DNA of 63,925 nt, counting the filler, from an uncultured bacterium (lineage in GTDB: Bacteria > CAYUVA01), in the NCBI GenBank assembly GCA_964448115.1. It is 3 parts of 3 records of this genome, joined end to end, with 100 filler letters (N's around TTAATTAATTAA, not from the genome) between each part and the next. Parts side by side here need not be neighbours in the genome. Positions count along the whole stretch, not along the records: positions 59,548 to 63,925 come from CAYUVA010000080.1; 2 more parts are not named here. One strand, given 5' to 3'. Under the pieces are notes generated by a model. It was given only the letters and a program-made list of their open reading frames with translations, was not told the DNA's origin and did not search any database. A program made the translations under genes and the position numbers. This document shows positions 63,841 to 63,925 of the stretch, piece by piece (within the stretch, counting starts at the first letter, position 1; each line of letters starts with the position of its first letter).

Positions 63841-63925
63841 GGTTTCTTTCTCCGCTTCCTTTTTTTCTGATGGTGCGGTCGATATTATTGTAAAGGGATC
63901 TCTAAAAAGCAAATCATCAGTGGTC

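Overview
Bacterial genomic DNA of roughly 50% GC from a diderm organism (TonB-dependent receptor, outer-membrane beta-barrels, lipoproteins), probably an uncultured-lineage assembly. The window is three contigs (1-29794, 29895-59447, 59548-63925) joined by artificial 100-bp N/TTAATTAATTAA spacers. Housekeeping content includes pyrR-pyrB-pyrC, htpX, obgE, rplU, etfBA, coaE, comEA/comEC, a peptide-type ABC transporter, khpA, tRNA-Leu(CAG), hemA and a ccsA/hemX-like gene. Main unexplained signals: (1) five large secreted proteins with unrelated N-termini share a ~105-aa domain ([AG]GY[WM]x[TS]...[WF]PYLx[VC]) next to Pro/Thr-rich linkers, suggesting a lineage-specific surface-display, sorting or docking system; (2) one of them carries a BPI/LBP-like (TULIP) lipid-binding region; (3) a linalool dehydratase/isomerase homolog is paired with an outer-membrane barrel; (4) the two ends of one insertion sequence (18-bp perfect inverted repeat, 8-bp AACCCAAC duplication) lie at window position 1 and at the end of contig 2, implying the true order is contig 2 - IS - contig 1; (5) an exported JAB-motif protein, a degenerate acetylglutamate-kinase-like protein, an L21 with a long acidic tail and no adjacent rpmA, and an AAA ATPase/DUF4276 cassette. 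All family calls are from motif recognition by eye; no searches were run.
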